This document shows, in pieces, positions 29,228 to 39,548 of a stretch of 64,000 nt of DNA. The first letter of the stretch is position 1; each line of letters begins with the position of its first letter. Under the pieces are notes generated by a model, which saw only the letters and a program-made list of their open reading frames with translations, was not told the DNA's origin and searched no databases. The DNA is from Longimicrobiales bacterium (GTDB lineage: Bacteria; Gemmatimonadota; Gemmatimonadetes; Longimicrobiales; Gaopeijiaceae): NCBI GenBank assembly GCA_965249725.1, contig CBDFMQ010000002.1, positions 2,496,001 through 2,560,000 on the forward strand. The letters run 5' to 3'. The translations under genes were made by a program, and so were the position numbers.

Positions 29228-31894
29228 CTACCGCGTAGTCAACTCCTCCGAAAAACCCTCGATCACCACGAGAGGCATGAGATCCGCCTCGTTTGACAGC
29301 TGGATCATCACGAACCGATCTCCGTCGGGGTGGACGTCGTATTGAGCATGGGTTCCGCCTAATGAAGTGCCGGCAAAAGAGAACAACGGCCGCCTTCGAC
29401 CGATGATGAACGTGGCCCCGGGAAGGACCTCCGCCGCCATGAGCTGGAAATCCCCGCTCTTGTAGTACAGCTCGTTACCGTCGGGCGCCCAGCGCGGGGA
29501 CGTGGCCCGATCTGTCGAAACCGGCCACTTGCCATCATTGACGTTGGGGAAGGGCCTGACGTAGATGTGCTCCTCGCCGGACTCGTTCGAAACGTACGCG
29601 ATCCACCGGCTGTCCGGTGAAAGGGCGAAGTTGCCCTCGAAGGCGTTCGGATCGTTGAGCAGGGGCGTCAACTCTGATCCAGTCCCAAGCCGCGTCGCGT
29701 AGATGTCCCCGGCCATGCGCACCACCATCCACTCGCCATCTCGAGAAAACTCGACTTCGGCGATCCGCCCGGGGGCGTCCAGCACCAACTCGGCGGGTGC
29801 CGCGGCGTCACTGCGACGCGCGTACACATCTTGGTTCTCGATGCGCTGCGACAGGAAGGCGATCGTGGTCTCGTCCGGCATCCACACGCCGCGAATCGAG
29901 TTCTCCTCAAAGGTCAGCTTGGACTGGGGCCCGGCGTCGAGTTCCTTGACCCAAACGTGTCGCTCGACCCCGTCGACAATAGTCACCGACAACCGGCTCC
30001 CGTCCGGCGAGAGTCGGGGATCCACGAAGAGCCCGCGCCAACTGGCGTCGATCGGCACGGCGTTCCCACTCCGGTCCATCCAGACCGCAGTACGGTCCCC
30101 GGATGTCGTTACGGTACCAGGCGTGTACACCAGAGTCCCGTTCTCCGAGACGGCAAAGTCGGCCGTGACCAACGCCTCGACCTCAAGCCCCTCGAAGACA
30201 GGCGTAACAGGGCCCAACTCGAGGGTGGCGGGATCGAGCGAGGCCGCCACCAGCGTCCCGTCTCCTCGCACCGCCAGGATATGGCCGGTGTTGGACCATA
30301 CAGCCTGGATTCCCTGCAGAAGCACCGTGACCTCGCCCGTCTCGATGTCGGCGACGGCGATGTCCCGGGTGTCCGCGTCGTACTGATTCACCCTGGCCCT
30401 CGCGAAGAGCACCAGCCGAGAGTCCGGAAGAACGTCCGGAAAGTAGTGGCCAATCTCCTGGCTGGTGGAGTCCGCCCGCGTGATCGTCTCGACGTCACCG
30501 CCCGTCTCGGACACGCGATACATTGAGGACGGCGATTCGACGTCCAAATCCCACTGGCTGAAGTAAAGGTACCCGTCGTCCCCCCAGGACACGCCCGCGC
30601 GGCGGAGCCGAGGGTCGGCGTAGAGCGTTAGCGGCGGGCGGCCATCGAGCGAAGCGACCGCGAGGGTTCGGTCATCCGTGATGAATGCAACCCGGTCGCC
30701 ATCGGGCGAGAACGTGGGCTGGCTACCGAAGTCGGTGCCGGGGAGCTCGACCGGCTCGAGTCGATCACGCGTCCGGACCCAGAGGGCCGGCCGACCGGAT
30801 TCCTCGGTCATGCCCGAGTAGACGATGCTGCGTCCATCCGGCGAGATCGTCACGTTGCTTCCGAAGTCGGTGTTGGCGCCCAATCCAACGGGCACGTCGA
30901 GCTCATAGCGGAGGACGCCCTGCCCCTCGGCCGCGGGGCGACTGAACGCTACGAACGCGAGGGCGATCGTCGTCGCGGCGAGTACGCCCGTCGACAGCAT
31001 CCAGCGACGAGAACTCGCGCCGCCCGCCACCGCACCCGTCGGCTCGCCACCGTGCCTGAAGCCGGGGTCGTTCAGCGCGTCGGCGAGGGCCTTGGCGGTC
31101 GGGAATCGGTCGGCCGGCAGCTTCTCGAGCACCCGCCGGATCGCCGCATCCACATTAGCCGGAATCGTCGGCCGGGCGGTCGTCGCGGACACGGGTCCGC
31201 CCGCGATGATCTTGCCGAGCACCGCCTGGGCCGTCGCCCCCGCGTAGGGCGGCTCGCCCACCAGCGTCTCGAAGAGCACGCAGCCGAGCGCGTACATGTC
31301 GCTCTGCGGGCCCACGAACGTGTCGCCCGTCGCCTGCTCCGGGCTCATGTAATAAGGCGTGCCCACGCTGAGCCCTGTCTCGGTGAGGCGCGCGCCGCCC
31401 GCCGCTCCCACAGCCAACGCGATCCCGAAGTCCGCAATGACGGGCCTACCCTCCTGGAGTAGGATGTTGGCCGGCTTGATGTCGCGATGCACAACCTTCT
31501 GGCGGTGCGCATAGTCGAGCGCCTCAGCCAGGTCCGTGGCGAGACGAACGGCCTCATCGACCGGCAGTTGGTGCTCCCGGTTGAGACGGTCCCGCAACGA
31601 CTCGCCCTCCACGTAAGGCATCACGTAGTAGAGGAACGTGTCCGCCTCGCCCGAATCGAAGAGCGGAAGGATGTTCGGGTGCTGCAGGTTCGCGGTGGTC
31701 TTGATCTCAGCCAGGAAGCGTTCGGCTCCGACTACGGCGGCCAGTTCGGGCTTCAGGACTTTGAGGGCGACCTTGCGCTCGTGTTTGAGATCGTCCGCCA
31801 GGTAGACCGTCGCCATCCCGCCTTCACCCAGCTCGCGCTCGATTGCGTAGCGACCCCGGAGGGCGGCGTTCAGTCGTTCGATGGGATCGGACAT
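29228..31894 (-). CDS. Hanks-type Ser/Thr protein kinase with TM segment and TolB/PD40 beta-propeller
   Basis: LGEGGMATVY, VALKV, HRDIKPANIL, DFGIA, GTPYYMSPEQ; repeated SPDG motifs in the C-terminal half. Confidence 0.93.
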   Translation of the reverse strand: MSDPIERLNAALRGRYAIERELGEGGMATVYLADDLKHERKVALKVLKPELAAVVGAERFLAEIKTTANLQHPNILPLFDSGEADTFLYYVMPYVEGESLRDRLNREHQLPVDEAVRLATDLAEALDYAHRQKVVHRDIKPANILLQEGRPVIADFGIALAVGAAGGARLTETGLSVGTPYYMSPEQATGDTFVGPQSDMYALGCVLFETLVGEPPYAGATAQAVLGKIIAGGPVSATTARPTIPANVDAAIRRVLEKLPADRFPTAKALADALNDPGFRHGGEPTGAVAGGASSRRWMLSTGVLAATTIALAFVAFSRPAAEGQGVLRYELDVPVGLGANTDFGSNVTISPDGRSIVYSGMTEESGRPALWVRTRDRLEPVELPGTDFGSQPTFSPDGDRVAFITDDRTLAVASLDGRPPLTLYADPRLRRAGVSWGDDGYLYFSQWDLDVESPSSMYRVSETGGDVETITRADSTSQEIGHYFPDVLPDSRLVLFARARVNQYDADTRDIAVADIETGEVTVLLQGIQAVWSNTGHILAVRGDGTLVAASLDPATLELGPVTPVFEGLEVEALVTADFAVSENGTLVYTPGTVTTSGDRTAVWMDRSGNAVPIDASWRGLFVDPRLSPDGSRLSVTIVDGVERHVWVKELDAGPQSKLTFEENSIRGVWMPDETTIAFLSQRIENQDVYARRSDAAAPAELVLDAPGRIAEVEFSRDGEWMVVRMAGDIYATRLGTGSELTPLLNDPNAFEGNFALSPDSRWIAYVSNESGEEHIYVRPFPNVNDGKWPVSTDRATSPRWAPDGNELYYKSGDFQLMAAEVLPGATFIIGRRRPLFSFAGTSLGGTHAQYDVHPDGDRFVMIQLSNEADLMPLVVIEGFSEELTTR

Positions 31895-31991
31895 GGCGAG
31901 GCTCCTGGATCAGGCGGTGCTCAACATCCTATCCGCAAGTCGGGGAGGCGCAAGCAGAGGCGGTCGATTCGCTCATCGCCTAGAGCCGGAT

Positions 31992-32450
31992 TCAGTTCTC
32001 GAGCGCCTTCAACTTGCGGTGCATGTCAAGTCGGTCGGCGCGGAAGTCGGACTCGTAGCGGTCGAAGCGGACATCCAGGCCGTCGAAGCGGCTCTCCAAC
32101 CCGTCGAATCGGACCTCGAGGCGGTCGAAGCGCTCCTCCAACCCGTCGAGTCGGACCTCGAGGCGGTCGAACCACCCCTCCAATCCATCGAACCGAACCT
32201 CAAGGTCGTCGAAGCGGCTCTCCAGGTGGATGAAGCGGACTTCGAGACCCTCGAACTTGGACTCCAGGCGCTCGACCCGGGCCTCGATGCGGTCGAGTCG
32301 CTCGTTGGTGGCCACCAACCCGTCCACCACCTGGCGAACGTCGTCCCTCATCGCCTCGACGCCCACCTCCAGCTTGGTGAGCCTCGTTTCGATCCTGTCG
32401 AATCTCTTCCCCAGGAATTCGACTAACTCGGAGAATTCGCTGTCGGTCAT
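31992..32450 (-). CDS. Coiled-coil heptad-repeat protein
   Basis: Repeats of (R/K)FDxLEx across most of the 152 aa; 21/42-bp DNA periodicity. Confidence 0.7.
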   Translation of the reverse strand: MTDSEFSELVEFLGKRFDRIETRLTKLEVGVEAMRDDVRQVVDGLVATNERLDRIEARVERLESKFEGLEVRFIHLESRFDDLEVRFDGLEGWFDRLEVRLDGLEERFDRLEVRFDGLESRFDGLDVRFDRYESDFRADRLDMHRKLKALEN

Positions 32451-32672
32451 CCGCGTTGGGCCATGGGTGTCGGGGAGGACGAAGAGGGCAATCTATGCCG
32501 GGGGGTCGGATCAATCCATGTCAGGATGGGAATCTGCCCAAGGGGGAGGTAGAAGCGCCACCTTGCGGCGGTTGAGTCAGTGGTGGAACAATGGTCTTCG
32601 TAGGTTCGCCCTCCGGCCGTGCTGTCCGTCACACGGCCGGCACGGCCCGTCTTGGGAGTGTCGGAGGAACAC

Positions 32673-33629
32673 ATGAGACCATGGACCCTTCTTTTCGGCT
32701 CCGCGTTCACCGTCGCGCTCATCGGCTGCGCCGACTCCCCGACTCCCGTGCCGCCGGAGGGCTACGTGGAGGTCCCGGGCGGCAGAATCTGGTATCAGAC
32801 CCTCGGTGCCGAGTCGACCGGGACGCCCCTCCTCGTCATCCATGGCGGACCTGGTTTCGGCAGCTGCTCCTATGTCTCGACCCTCACGGGGATCGCCCAG
32901 GACAGACCCGTCATCCTCTACGATCAGCTCGCTGCCGGACGATCGGATCACGCGGACGACACCTCCCTCTGGGAGATTCCCCGCTTCCTTGAAGAGATCG
33001 ATGCGCTGCGCACGGCCCTCCGGCTGGACGAGGTCCACGTAATGGGGCCTTCGTGGGGGGGCACGCTGGCGATCGAGTACATGCTTACGCGACCGGAAGG
33101 AGTGCGCTCGATCGTGTTCGTGGGGCCAATGCTCAGCACGCCTCGTTGGGTCGAGGAAGCCGCCGACTTGATTGAGCAGCTCCCTCCGAGTCAGCCGGAG
33201 GCGTTGAGGCAGGGGGAGGCGACCGGTGACTACGCGTCGCCGGAATACCTGGCCGCGACCGATTCCTTCTACGCCCGTTTCTTGGTGCGCAGCGAGTGGC
33301 CGTGGCCGGTGCTTCCGGGCTGTGAGGACGATCCCGGTCCAAACATGCAGGTCTACGAGCACATGTGGGGACCGACGGAGTTCACGGCGACCGGAACACT
33401 GCTGGACTTCGATCGGGTGGACCGGCTGCCGGAGCTCGATCTGCCCGTGCTCTTCGTCGTCGGCCGCTACGACGAGATTCCGACTGAGACCGTGCGCGAG
33501 TTCGCCGGACTGGTTCCCGGGGCCGCCTTCGAGATCATCGAGGATGCGGGGCACATGGTCAACATCGACGGCACGGAGGCATTTAACTCAGCGGTCGCCG
33601 CTTTCCTCGGGGACGTAGCCGTCCGCTGA
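32673..33629 (+). CDS. Proline iminopeptidase-family alpha/beta hydrolase, probable lipoprotein
   Basis: HGGPG, YDQLAAGRS, GPSWGG nucleophile, MWGPTEF..TGTL, GRYDE, AGH; lipobox LIGC; GGAGG RBS. Confidence 0.88.
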   Translation: MRPWTLLFGSAFTVALIGCADSPTPVPPEGYVEVPGGRIWYQTLGAESTGTPLLVIHGGPGFGSCSYVSTLTGIAQDRPVILYDQLAAGRSDHADDTSLWEIPRFLEEIDALRTALRLDEVHVMGPSWGGTLAIEYMLTRPEGVRSIVFVGPMLSTPRWVEEAADLIEQLPPSQPEALRQGEATGDYASPEYLAATDSFYARFLVRSEWPWPVLPGCEDDPGPNMQVYEHMWGPTEFTATGTLLDFDRVDRLPELDLPVLFVVGRYDEIPTETVREFAGLVPGAAFEIIEDAGHMVNIDGTEAFNSAVAAFLGDVAVR

Positions 33630-33706
33630 GGGGGAGCTCCCGAAACGAACATCGCCCCGCCCACTCCCCGTGGACGGGGCGACTCGTCAGTGCGCTGTGC
33701 TACCGG

Positions 33707-34135
33707 TCAGTTGGTCGGCCAACGCTGGTGAAACGACACCTGGCAGGACTGGCGTTCTAGGTGCGAGTACCACGCCCCCCAAAGCTCTGCCCACCGTGCG
33801 TCGTTCGCCATCACCTGGCGCCTTCCCCGTTCCCTATCATCCCACTCGGCCACGTTGGCTACCTCGTAGATCGTGGTGAAGTGCGCGTCTCCCCACACTC
33901 GCTGACGGAACGACCCGTAAACGGCACCGGGCAATTCCGGCGTGTTGGCAACCGCGTACTCCACGAACTCCGAAAAAGCGGCGCGTAGTGCAGGTCCCTC
34001 CCCAGGCGGTATGTCGCACTGTCGCACGGCCAGCATGGCTGCCGGCTCCTGCGCTTGTGCGGTCTGAGGGGCGAGGATCACGGCAAGTACCAGAGCGACG
34101 AATCCGATGGCGTTGCCGGGGATGTGGACGCGCAT
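33707..34135 (-). CDS. Hypothetical exported protein
   Basis: MRVHIPGNAIGFVALVLAVILAPQTAQAQ signal peptide after a GGAGGAG RBS. Confidence 0.65.
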   Translation of the reverse strand: MRVHIPGNAIGFVALVLAVILAPQTAQAQEPAAMLAVRQCDIPPGEGPALRAAFSEFVEYAVANTPELPGAVYGSFRQRVWGDAHFTTIYEVANVAEWDDRERGRRQVMANDARWAELWGAWYSHLERQSCQVSFHQRWPTN

Positions 34136-34381
34136 GTTACTCCTCCAGTCTGATCGGGTCTGCTCCCGACAGACTACGAGGAGATCGACCAAGGTGGTGA
34201 TCCTCAGCGGCGGGCTGCGGGAGGGGCCGCATGATAGATGCAGTTTGGGCGCGAGCGCAAACAAAAAAGCGCCGGCCGGACTGGAAAAGCCGTGCGCCGC
34301 TTGGTCCCCCGAGTGCGGAGGGTCGCAGACGCCACTATGATCCGAGGGTTCCTGTCGATCCCCATGTCGGTGAGCAATGCT

Positions 34382-36769
34382 ATGAAGCATCCTAGCCCCC
34401 TTCTCTGGTTAACCCTCGCGCTGTCTGCCCTCGGGTTCGTTCCGCGGGGTGCCCAGGCAATGACCCAAACGATGGCTGCCGGTGGTCCCTTGGCCGGATA
34501 CGGAACCTCTGTGGCTGTGAGCGACGGCGCGGTGTTCGTCGGAGAGGTTGGCAACATCATGCGGCCAGGCGCGGTCTATGTGTACCAAGAGGCCGGAGGC
34601 CAGTGGTCTGAAGCGGCCAGAATCGAAGCTTCCGACGGTTCCCCCGCCGACGGTTTCGGAGCGACCCTGGCAGTGGATAAGGCCACGATGCTGGTCGGAG
34701 CTATGCGTGAGGGTAAGGGGACTGTCTACACCTTCCAACGGACGGAATCGGGAGTTTGGGAGGAGGTGGGGCGACTCCTGCCCGACGAGGCGCCACCTCC
34801 AGGCTTCGGAGCCAGCCTGGCGATGCGAGACGGGATCGCCGTGGTCGGGGCGCCGGGAGCTACGGCAAGCTCACCAGCAGCCGCTGAAGAGGTGGTGTTC
34901 GTGTTCGAGCTGAACGGTGCCACCTCAACCCCGGGGGAACGCCTCGTTTCGGGGACACGCCCAGGCGGGTTCGGAGCGAGCGTTGCTGTCGAAGGGGACC
35001 GGTTCTTGGTGGGGGCTCCTCGAGAGGGTGGATCCGGAGCGGTCCATGAGTTCCGGCGCGCGCGGGGACAGTGGAAACACACCAGCATGTTGGCCGCCGC
35101 CGGCCTCAACGTTGACGACGGGTTCGGAGGTGCTGTCAGCCTAGACGGCGGTCGAGCGTTGGTGTCGGCTCCTGGCCGGGATGGTGCACGCGGCTCCGTG
35201 TTCGTGTTTGCGCTGGACGTTGAGACGGGTGCTTGGAGCCAGGTCGAGGAGCTTTCCCCGGCCCAGAGTGACGCCTCCGGCGGTCTTGGCACTTCCCTGG
35301 CAGCCGATGACGGTCACGTGTGGGCGGGAGCCCCCCGGGCCAACGACCGACGAGGGGTCGCTTACGTCTTTACCGCCGCACCGGGGACCGACCCTGCAGA
35401 GACCAGGGTCAGTCCTGAACTTCTCAGCGGCGACGCATTCGGTTCGAGCGTTGATGTGAGGGGTCCGGTGGCCGTTCTCGGTTTGACCGGGGCCGACTAT
35501 GGCATGGGTCGAGCGATCATCTATGAGCGCAGGGATGGAGCCTGGCAGAGGGCCCAAATCGTCATGGGTCAGGTCGAACAATTCGCGGCGGTCCGTGGCG
35601 GTCAGATCGATTGTACGGGTGGCAAGGCCTTGGCGTTCGACTGTAGCGAGTACGACCTGGTGGCTTACATGCCGATTGAGGAGCTCGGTGGTCCCCGCGG
35701 TGTGAGGATGAACGACATCTGGGGATGGACCGACCAGGTGACAGGACGCGAGTACGCGCTGGCCGGCCGACGCGACGGAACCTCATTCGTAGATGTCAGC
35801 GATCCGGCCGACCCGAGGTATGTGGGCCAACTCCTCAGAACGGCAGGGTCCCCGGCGAGTACGCACCGGGACATCAAGGTCTATGCAGATCATGCCTTTA
35901 TCGTCGCCGACGGCGCCCAGGAGCACGGCGTACAGGTGTTCGATCTGACCCAGCTCCGGGACGTCATCGAACCGATCACGTTCGAGGAGACTGCCCACTA
36001 CGACGGAATCGCTAGTGCTCACAACATCGTGATCAACGAGGAGTCCGGCTTCGCGTACAGCGTCGGGAACAAGGCTGGTGGAGAAACCTGCGGAGGAGGC
36101 CTTCACATCATCGACGTCAGGGAACCCACCAAGCCGACGTTTGCCGGGTGTTTCGCCGACCCCCTTACCGGCAGATCGAACACCGGAACGACACACGACG
36201 CCCAGTGTGTTTCCTACCGAGGACCCGATCAGGACCACGTCGGCAAGGAGATCTGCCTGGGTGCTAACCAGACCGCGCTCAGCATCGCAGACGTGACCGA
36301 CCCGGCCAACGCGAAGGCGATCGCACGGGTCAGCTATCCCAATCTGGGCTTCACTCACCAAGGGTGGCTCACAGAGGATCATCGGTACTTCTACACGAAC
36401 GATGAACTGGACGAGATCGCCGGTCTCCCAAAGACCCGCACGTTGATCTGGGACCTCTCAGACCTGGACGATCCGCAACTGGTCAAAGAGCACTTCGGCA
36501 CCCAAGCGGGCAGCGATCACAACCTCTACATCCGCGGCGATCTGATGTATCAGTCCAACTACCGGAGCGGTCTGCGTGTTCTCGACATCAGCGATCGCGA
36601 GAATCCGGTGGAAATCGGGTACTTCGATACCGTGCCCTACGGAGACAATTCGGCCGGTATGGGATTCGGCTCGTGGAGCAACTACCCATTTTTCGAGAGC
36701 GGCATTGTCATCCTGACGAGCAACTACGAGGGATTGTTCATCCTCAAGAAGAAGCAGCCCATAACCTGA
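34382..36769 (+). CDS. Choice-of-anchor B family exported protein with FG-GAP repeats (paralog 1)
   Basis: Signal peptide, multiple FG..VA....LVGAP repeats, NDIWGWTD, RDIKVY, AHNIVINE, HDAQCV, HQGWLTED, HNLY, WSNYPFFESG. Confidence 0.88.
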   Translation: MKHPSPLLWLTLALSALGFVPRGAQAMTQTMAAGGPLAGYGTSVAVSDGAVFVGEVGNIMRPGAVYVYQEAGGQWSEAARIEASDGSPADGFGATLAVDKATMLVGAMREGKGTVYTFQRTESGVWEEVGRLLPDEAPPPGFGASLAMRDGIAVVGAPGATASSPAAAEEVVFVFELNGATSTPGERLVSGTRPGGFGASVAVEGDRFLVGAPREGGSGAVHEFRRARGQWKHTSMLAAAGLNVDDGFGGAVSLDGGRALVSAPGRDGARGSVFVFALDVETGAWSQVEELSPAQSDASGGLGTSLAADDGHVWAGAPRANDRRGVAYVFTAAPGTDPAETRVSPELLSGDAFGSSVDVRGPVAVLGLTGADYGMGRAIIYERRDGAWQRAQIVMGQVEQFAAVRGGQIDCTGGKALAFDCSEYDLVAYMPIEELGGPRGVRMNDIWGWTDQVTGREYALAGRRDGTSFVDVSDPADPRYVGQLLRTAGSPASTHRDIKVYADHAFIVADGAQEHGVQVFDLTQLRDVIEPITFEETAHYDGIASAHNIVINEESGFAYSVGNKAGGETCGGGLHIIDVREPTKPTFAGCFADPLTGRSNTGTTHDAQCVSYRGPDQDHVGKEICLGANQTALSIADVTDPANAKAIARVSYPNLGFTHQGWLTEDHRYFYTNDELDEIAGLPKTRTLIWDLSDLDDPQLVKEHFGTQAGSDHNLYIRGDLMYQSNYRSGLRVLDISDRENPVEIGYFDTVPYGDNSAGMGFGSWSNYPFFESGIVILTSNYEGLFILKKKQPIT

Positions 36770-36794
36770 GGGCCGGACTTCGTTCGGCCTCTCT

Positions 36795-37056
<262 letters not shown>

Positions 37057-37143
37057 ATTTGCAGGGCCTCATCCGGCCGCTGCGATGCTAATGATCGCCA
37101 CTTCACTGCGCGGGTCAAGGTTCGGGGGCGACCGCTGAAACGG

Positions 37144-37178
37144 GAAACGCGCCCGCCGCCGGTTAGGCGACGGGCGCG
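37144..37178 (-). terminator. Hairpin/terminator after rnpB
   Basis: CGCGCCCGCCGCC-GGTTA-GGCGACGGGCGCG with a short adjacent A run. Confidence 0.55.
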
Positions 37179-37183
37179 ACAAC

Positions 37184-37565
<382 letters not shown>

Positions 37566-37668
37566 TACAAGCCCATGCGGACCAAGAATCCGGCGCCGAA
37601 GCGCCGGATCTCGCTGGTACGTCTAACTCTAAACCCAACCGCAGTTTGGAACAACGATGGAGCCGTGA

Positions 37669-38229
37669 TCAGAAGGTCCAGAACAGTCCCGCACTCATCT
37701 CGGTGCTGGACTGCGTGATCAGCTCGTGGTTGTCCTGCCGGAAGCGGTACTCGGCCCGGACGCCCAAGTGGTCGGAGACCCAAAGGCGGAACCCGAACGG
37801 GAAGTAGAAGGTGTTTCGCGAGAAGCGCTGACCCTCGGAATCCTCGTCATACCGGGCGAAAATACCAGCCGACGCGCCGCCGTACGGCTCGAACGGACCC
37901 ATGACGTGACGAAACTGCACGCCGACGGTAAGCGCGAAGAGACTCGCCTTCTTCGTCGGCAGCGAAGGGGCGAACTCAAAATCGTCGTCCTGCTGCACGT
38001 CCGGACGACTAAACCACGCCTCGACCTCTACGCGGGCGTAGTCGGCCATGCGCGTGTCCGCCCTGACCGAAAAGGCCGGAAACTTCTCATTAGCGGAGGG
38101 TTCGTAGCTCAGTGCTCCGCCCATCACGGCGACGCTCCAGCTATCCCTGAGCGTTGGCGAATCGGACGTCTGACCCGCGAGTGGCGAGCCCACGAGCACC
38201 ATCAGGGCTGCGGCGGTCGGAACCTTCAC
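37669..38229 (-). CDS. Small outer-membrane beta-barrel protein
   Basis: Signal peptide, alternating strands (FEPYGGASAG, LGVRAEYRF), C-terminal Phe (GLFWTF). Confidence 0.75.
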   Translation of the reverse strand: MKVPTAAALMVLVGSPLAGQTSDSPTLRDSWSVAVMGGALSYEPSANEKFPAFSVRADTRMADYARVEVEAWFSRPDVQQDDDFEFAPSLPTKKASLFALTVGVQFRHVMGPFEPYGGASAGIFARYDEDSEGQRFSRNTFYFPFGFRLWVSDHLGVRAEYRFRQDNHELITQSSTEMSAGLFWTF

Positions 38230-38390
38230 TTTGGATATCCGGCTGAGAGATCGATTTCTTCGGACGGGCTAAGACTAGTCGTCCGGTTCAGCACGGGCCA
38301 GAAGGAGGAAGCCCTGGCCTCAACACCGCCGGCCGTCGATGTTTGGCCCTTCGTCGCAGAGCATCCGACCGGCAAGGAGCGTTTCAAGAA

Positions 38391-39548
38391 GTGCAGCCGA
38401 GACCATCCTACGACATCGATGCCTGGAGGGCCCAGATACCCATCCTCCAGACCATGATTCCCATGAACAACTGCTCGCAGGCGCCGCAGGCGGTGTCCGT
38501 ACGCGAGGCGGCCGAGCGCTACCTGGACTCCTGGCGCGACGACGTGATGGACTGGGAGCCCTGGATCGAAGAGGTGGAGCGCGCGCGCGCCGAATTCGCC
38601 CGACTGATCAATGCGGATCCGGAGGACGTGGGGGTTTGTGGTTCGGTGTCTCAGGCCACGGCTGCAGTGGCCGGTGCACTCTCGTATGACGTCCCGCGAG
38701 ACACGGTCGTGGTATCGCAGGCGGAGTTCCCGACGGTGGGGCACGTATGGCAGGCCCACCAACGCCTCGGCGCCAAGCTGCGGTGGGTGCCCGTGGAGGG
38801 TGGAGAGATCTCGTTGGATCGGTACTCAGAGACGCTGGATGCCGACGTGGCCCTGGTCTCCGCCTGCCACGGCTACTACCAGACAGGCTTCAAGCAGGAT
38901 ATCGACGCCCTCGTCGACCTTGCCCACACTGCCGGCGCTCTCTTGTTCGTGGACGCGTACCAGACGCTCGGCACCCACCCGATCGACGTGCAGTCACTGG
39001 ACGTCGACTTCCTGGCTTCCGGTAATCTGAAGTACCTCATGGGCGTGCCGGGAATCGCCTTCCTCTATGTGAGACGGGATGTGGCCGAAGGGCTGGAGCC
39101 CAACGTGACGGGTTGGTTCGGCCAGCGGCATCCTTACGCGTTCGAGGTGGACGTATTGGAGTTCGCCGGAGGCGCTCGCCGTTTCGACACGGGTACTCCC
39201 CCAATCCCCAACGCCTATATCGCTCGCGCCGGGATGGAGATCATCAACGAGGTCGGGCCCGCGGCGATCAAGGAGTGGACCGAAGAGCTGTCACGGTGTC
39301 TCATCGAGGGTGGTCTGGAACGAGGCCTCGCCCGGATCGGTCCGGACGACCCCGCACGAAAGACGCCGAGTACCGCCTTCGTGTGTCCCGGAGATTCCCA
39401 TGTCGCGGAGGCGATGCTGCGCGAGCGCGGCGTGATCGGCTCAGCTCGAGGACACGTGGTTCGGATGGCTCCCCATTTCTACTCCACGATCGAGGACGTA
39501 GACACGGCGCTCGACGCCTTGGCCGAGGTATTCGGGGAGCTCGCGTGA
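38391..39548 (+). CDS. Class V PLP-dependent aminotransferase (kynureninase/desulfurase-like)
   Basis: EFPT, VDAYQTLG, DFLASGNLKYLMG (PLP Lys), GWF, RRFDTGTP, RMAPHFY; start uncertain (38343-38462). Confidence 0.85.
   Translation: MQPRPSYDIDAWRAQIPILQTMIPMNNCSQAPQAVSVREAAERYLDSWRDDVMDWEPWIEEVERARAEFARLINADPEDVGVCGSVSQATAAVAGALSYDVPRDTVVVSQAEFPTVGHVWQAHQRLGAKLRWVPVEGGEISLDRYSETLDADVALVSACHGYYQTGFKQDIDALVDLAHTAGALLFVDAYQTLGTHPIDVQSLDVDFLASGNLKYLMGVPGIAFLYVRRDVAEGLEPNVTGWFGQRHPYAFEVDVLEFAGGARRFDTGTPPIPNAYIARAGMEIINEVGPAAIKEWTEELSRCLIEGGLERGLARIGPDDPARKTPSTAFVCPGDSHVAEAMLRERGVIGSARGHVVRMAPHFYSTIEDVDTALDALAEVFGELA

Noticed and set aside
38101..38160. tRNA-like start GTAGCTCAGTG
   Set aside because: No anticodon or T arm follows, and it lies inside the beta-barrel CDS on the other strand.
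39113..39544. N-terminal extension of the 594-aa ORF (likewise extensions of ORFs 24502-25671, 19393-20274, 34238-36769 and 52706-53299)
   Set aside because: The extensions overlap neighbouring genes or precede clear signal peptides or RBSs; internal starts were used.
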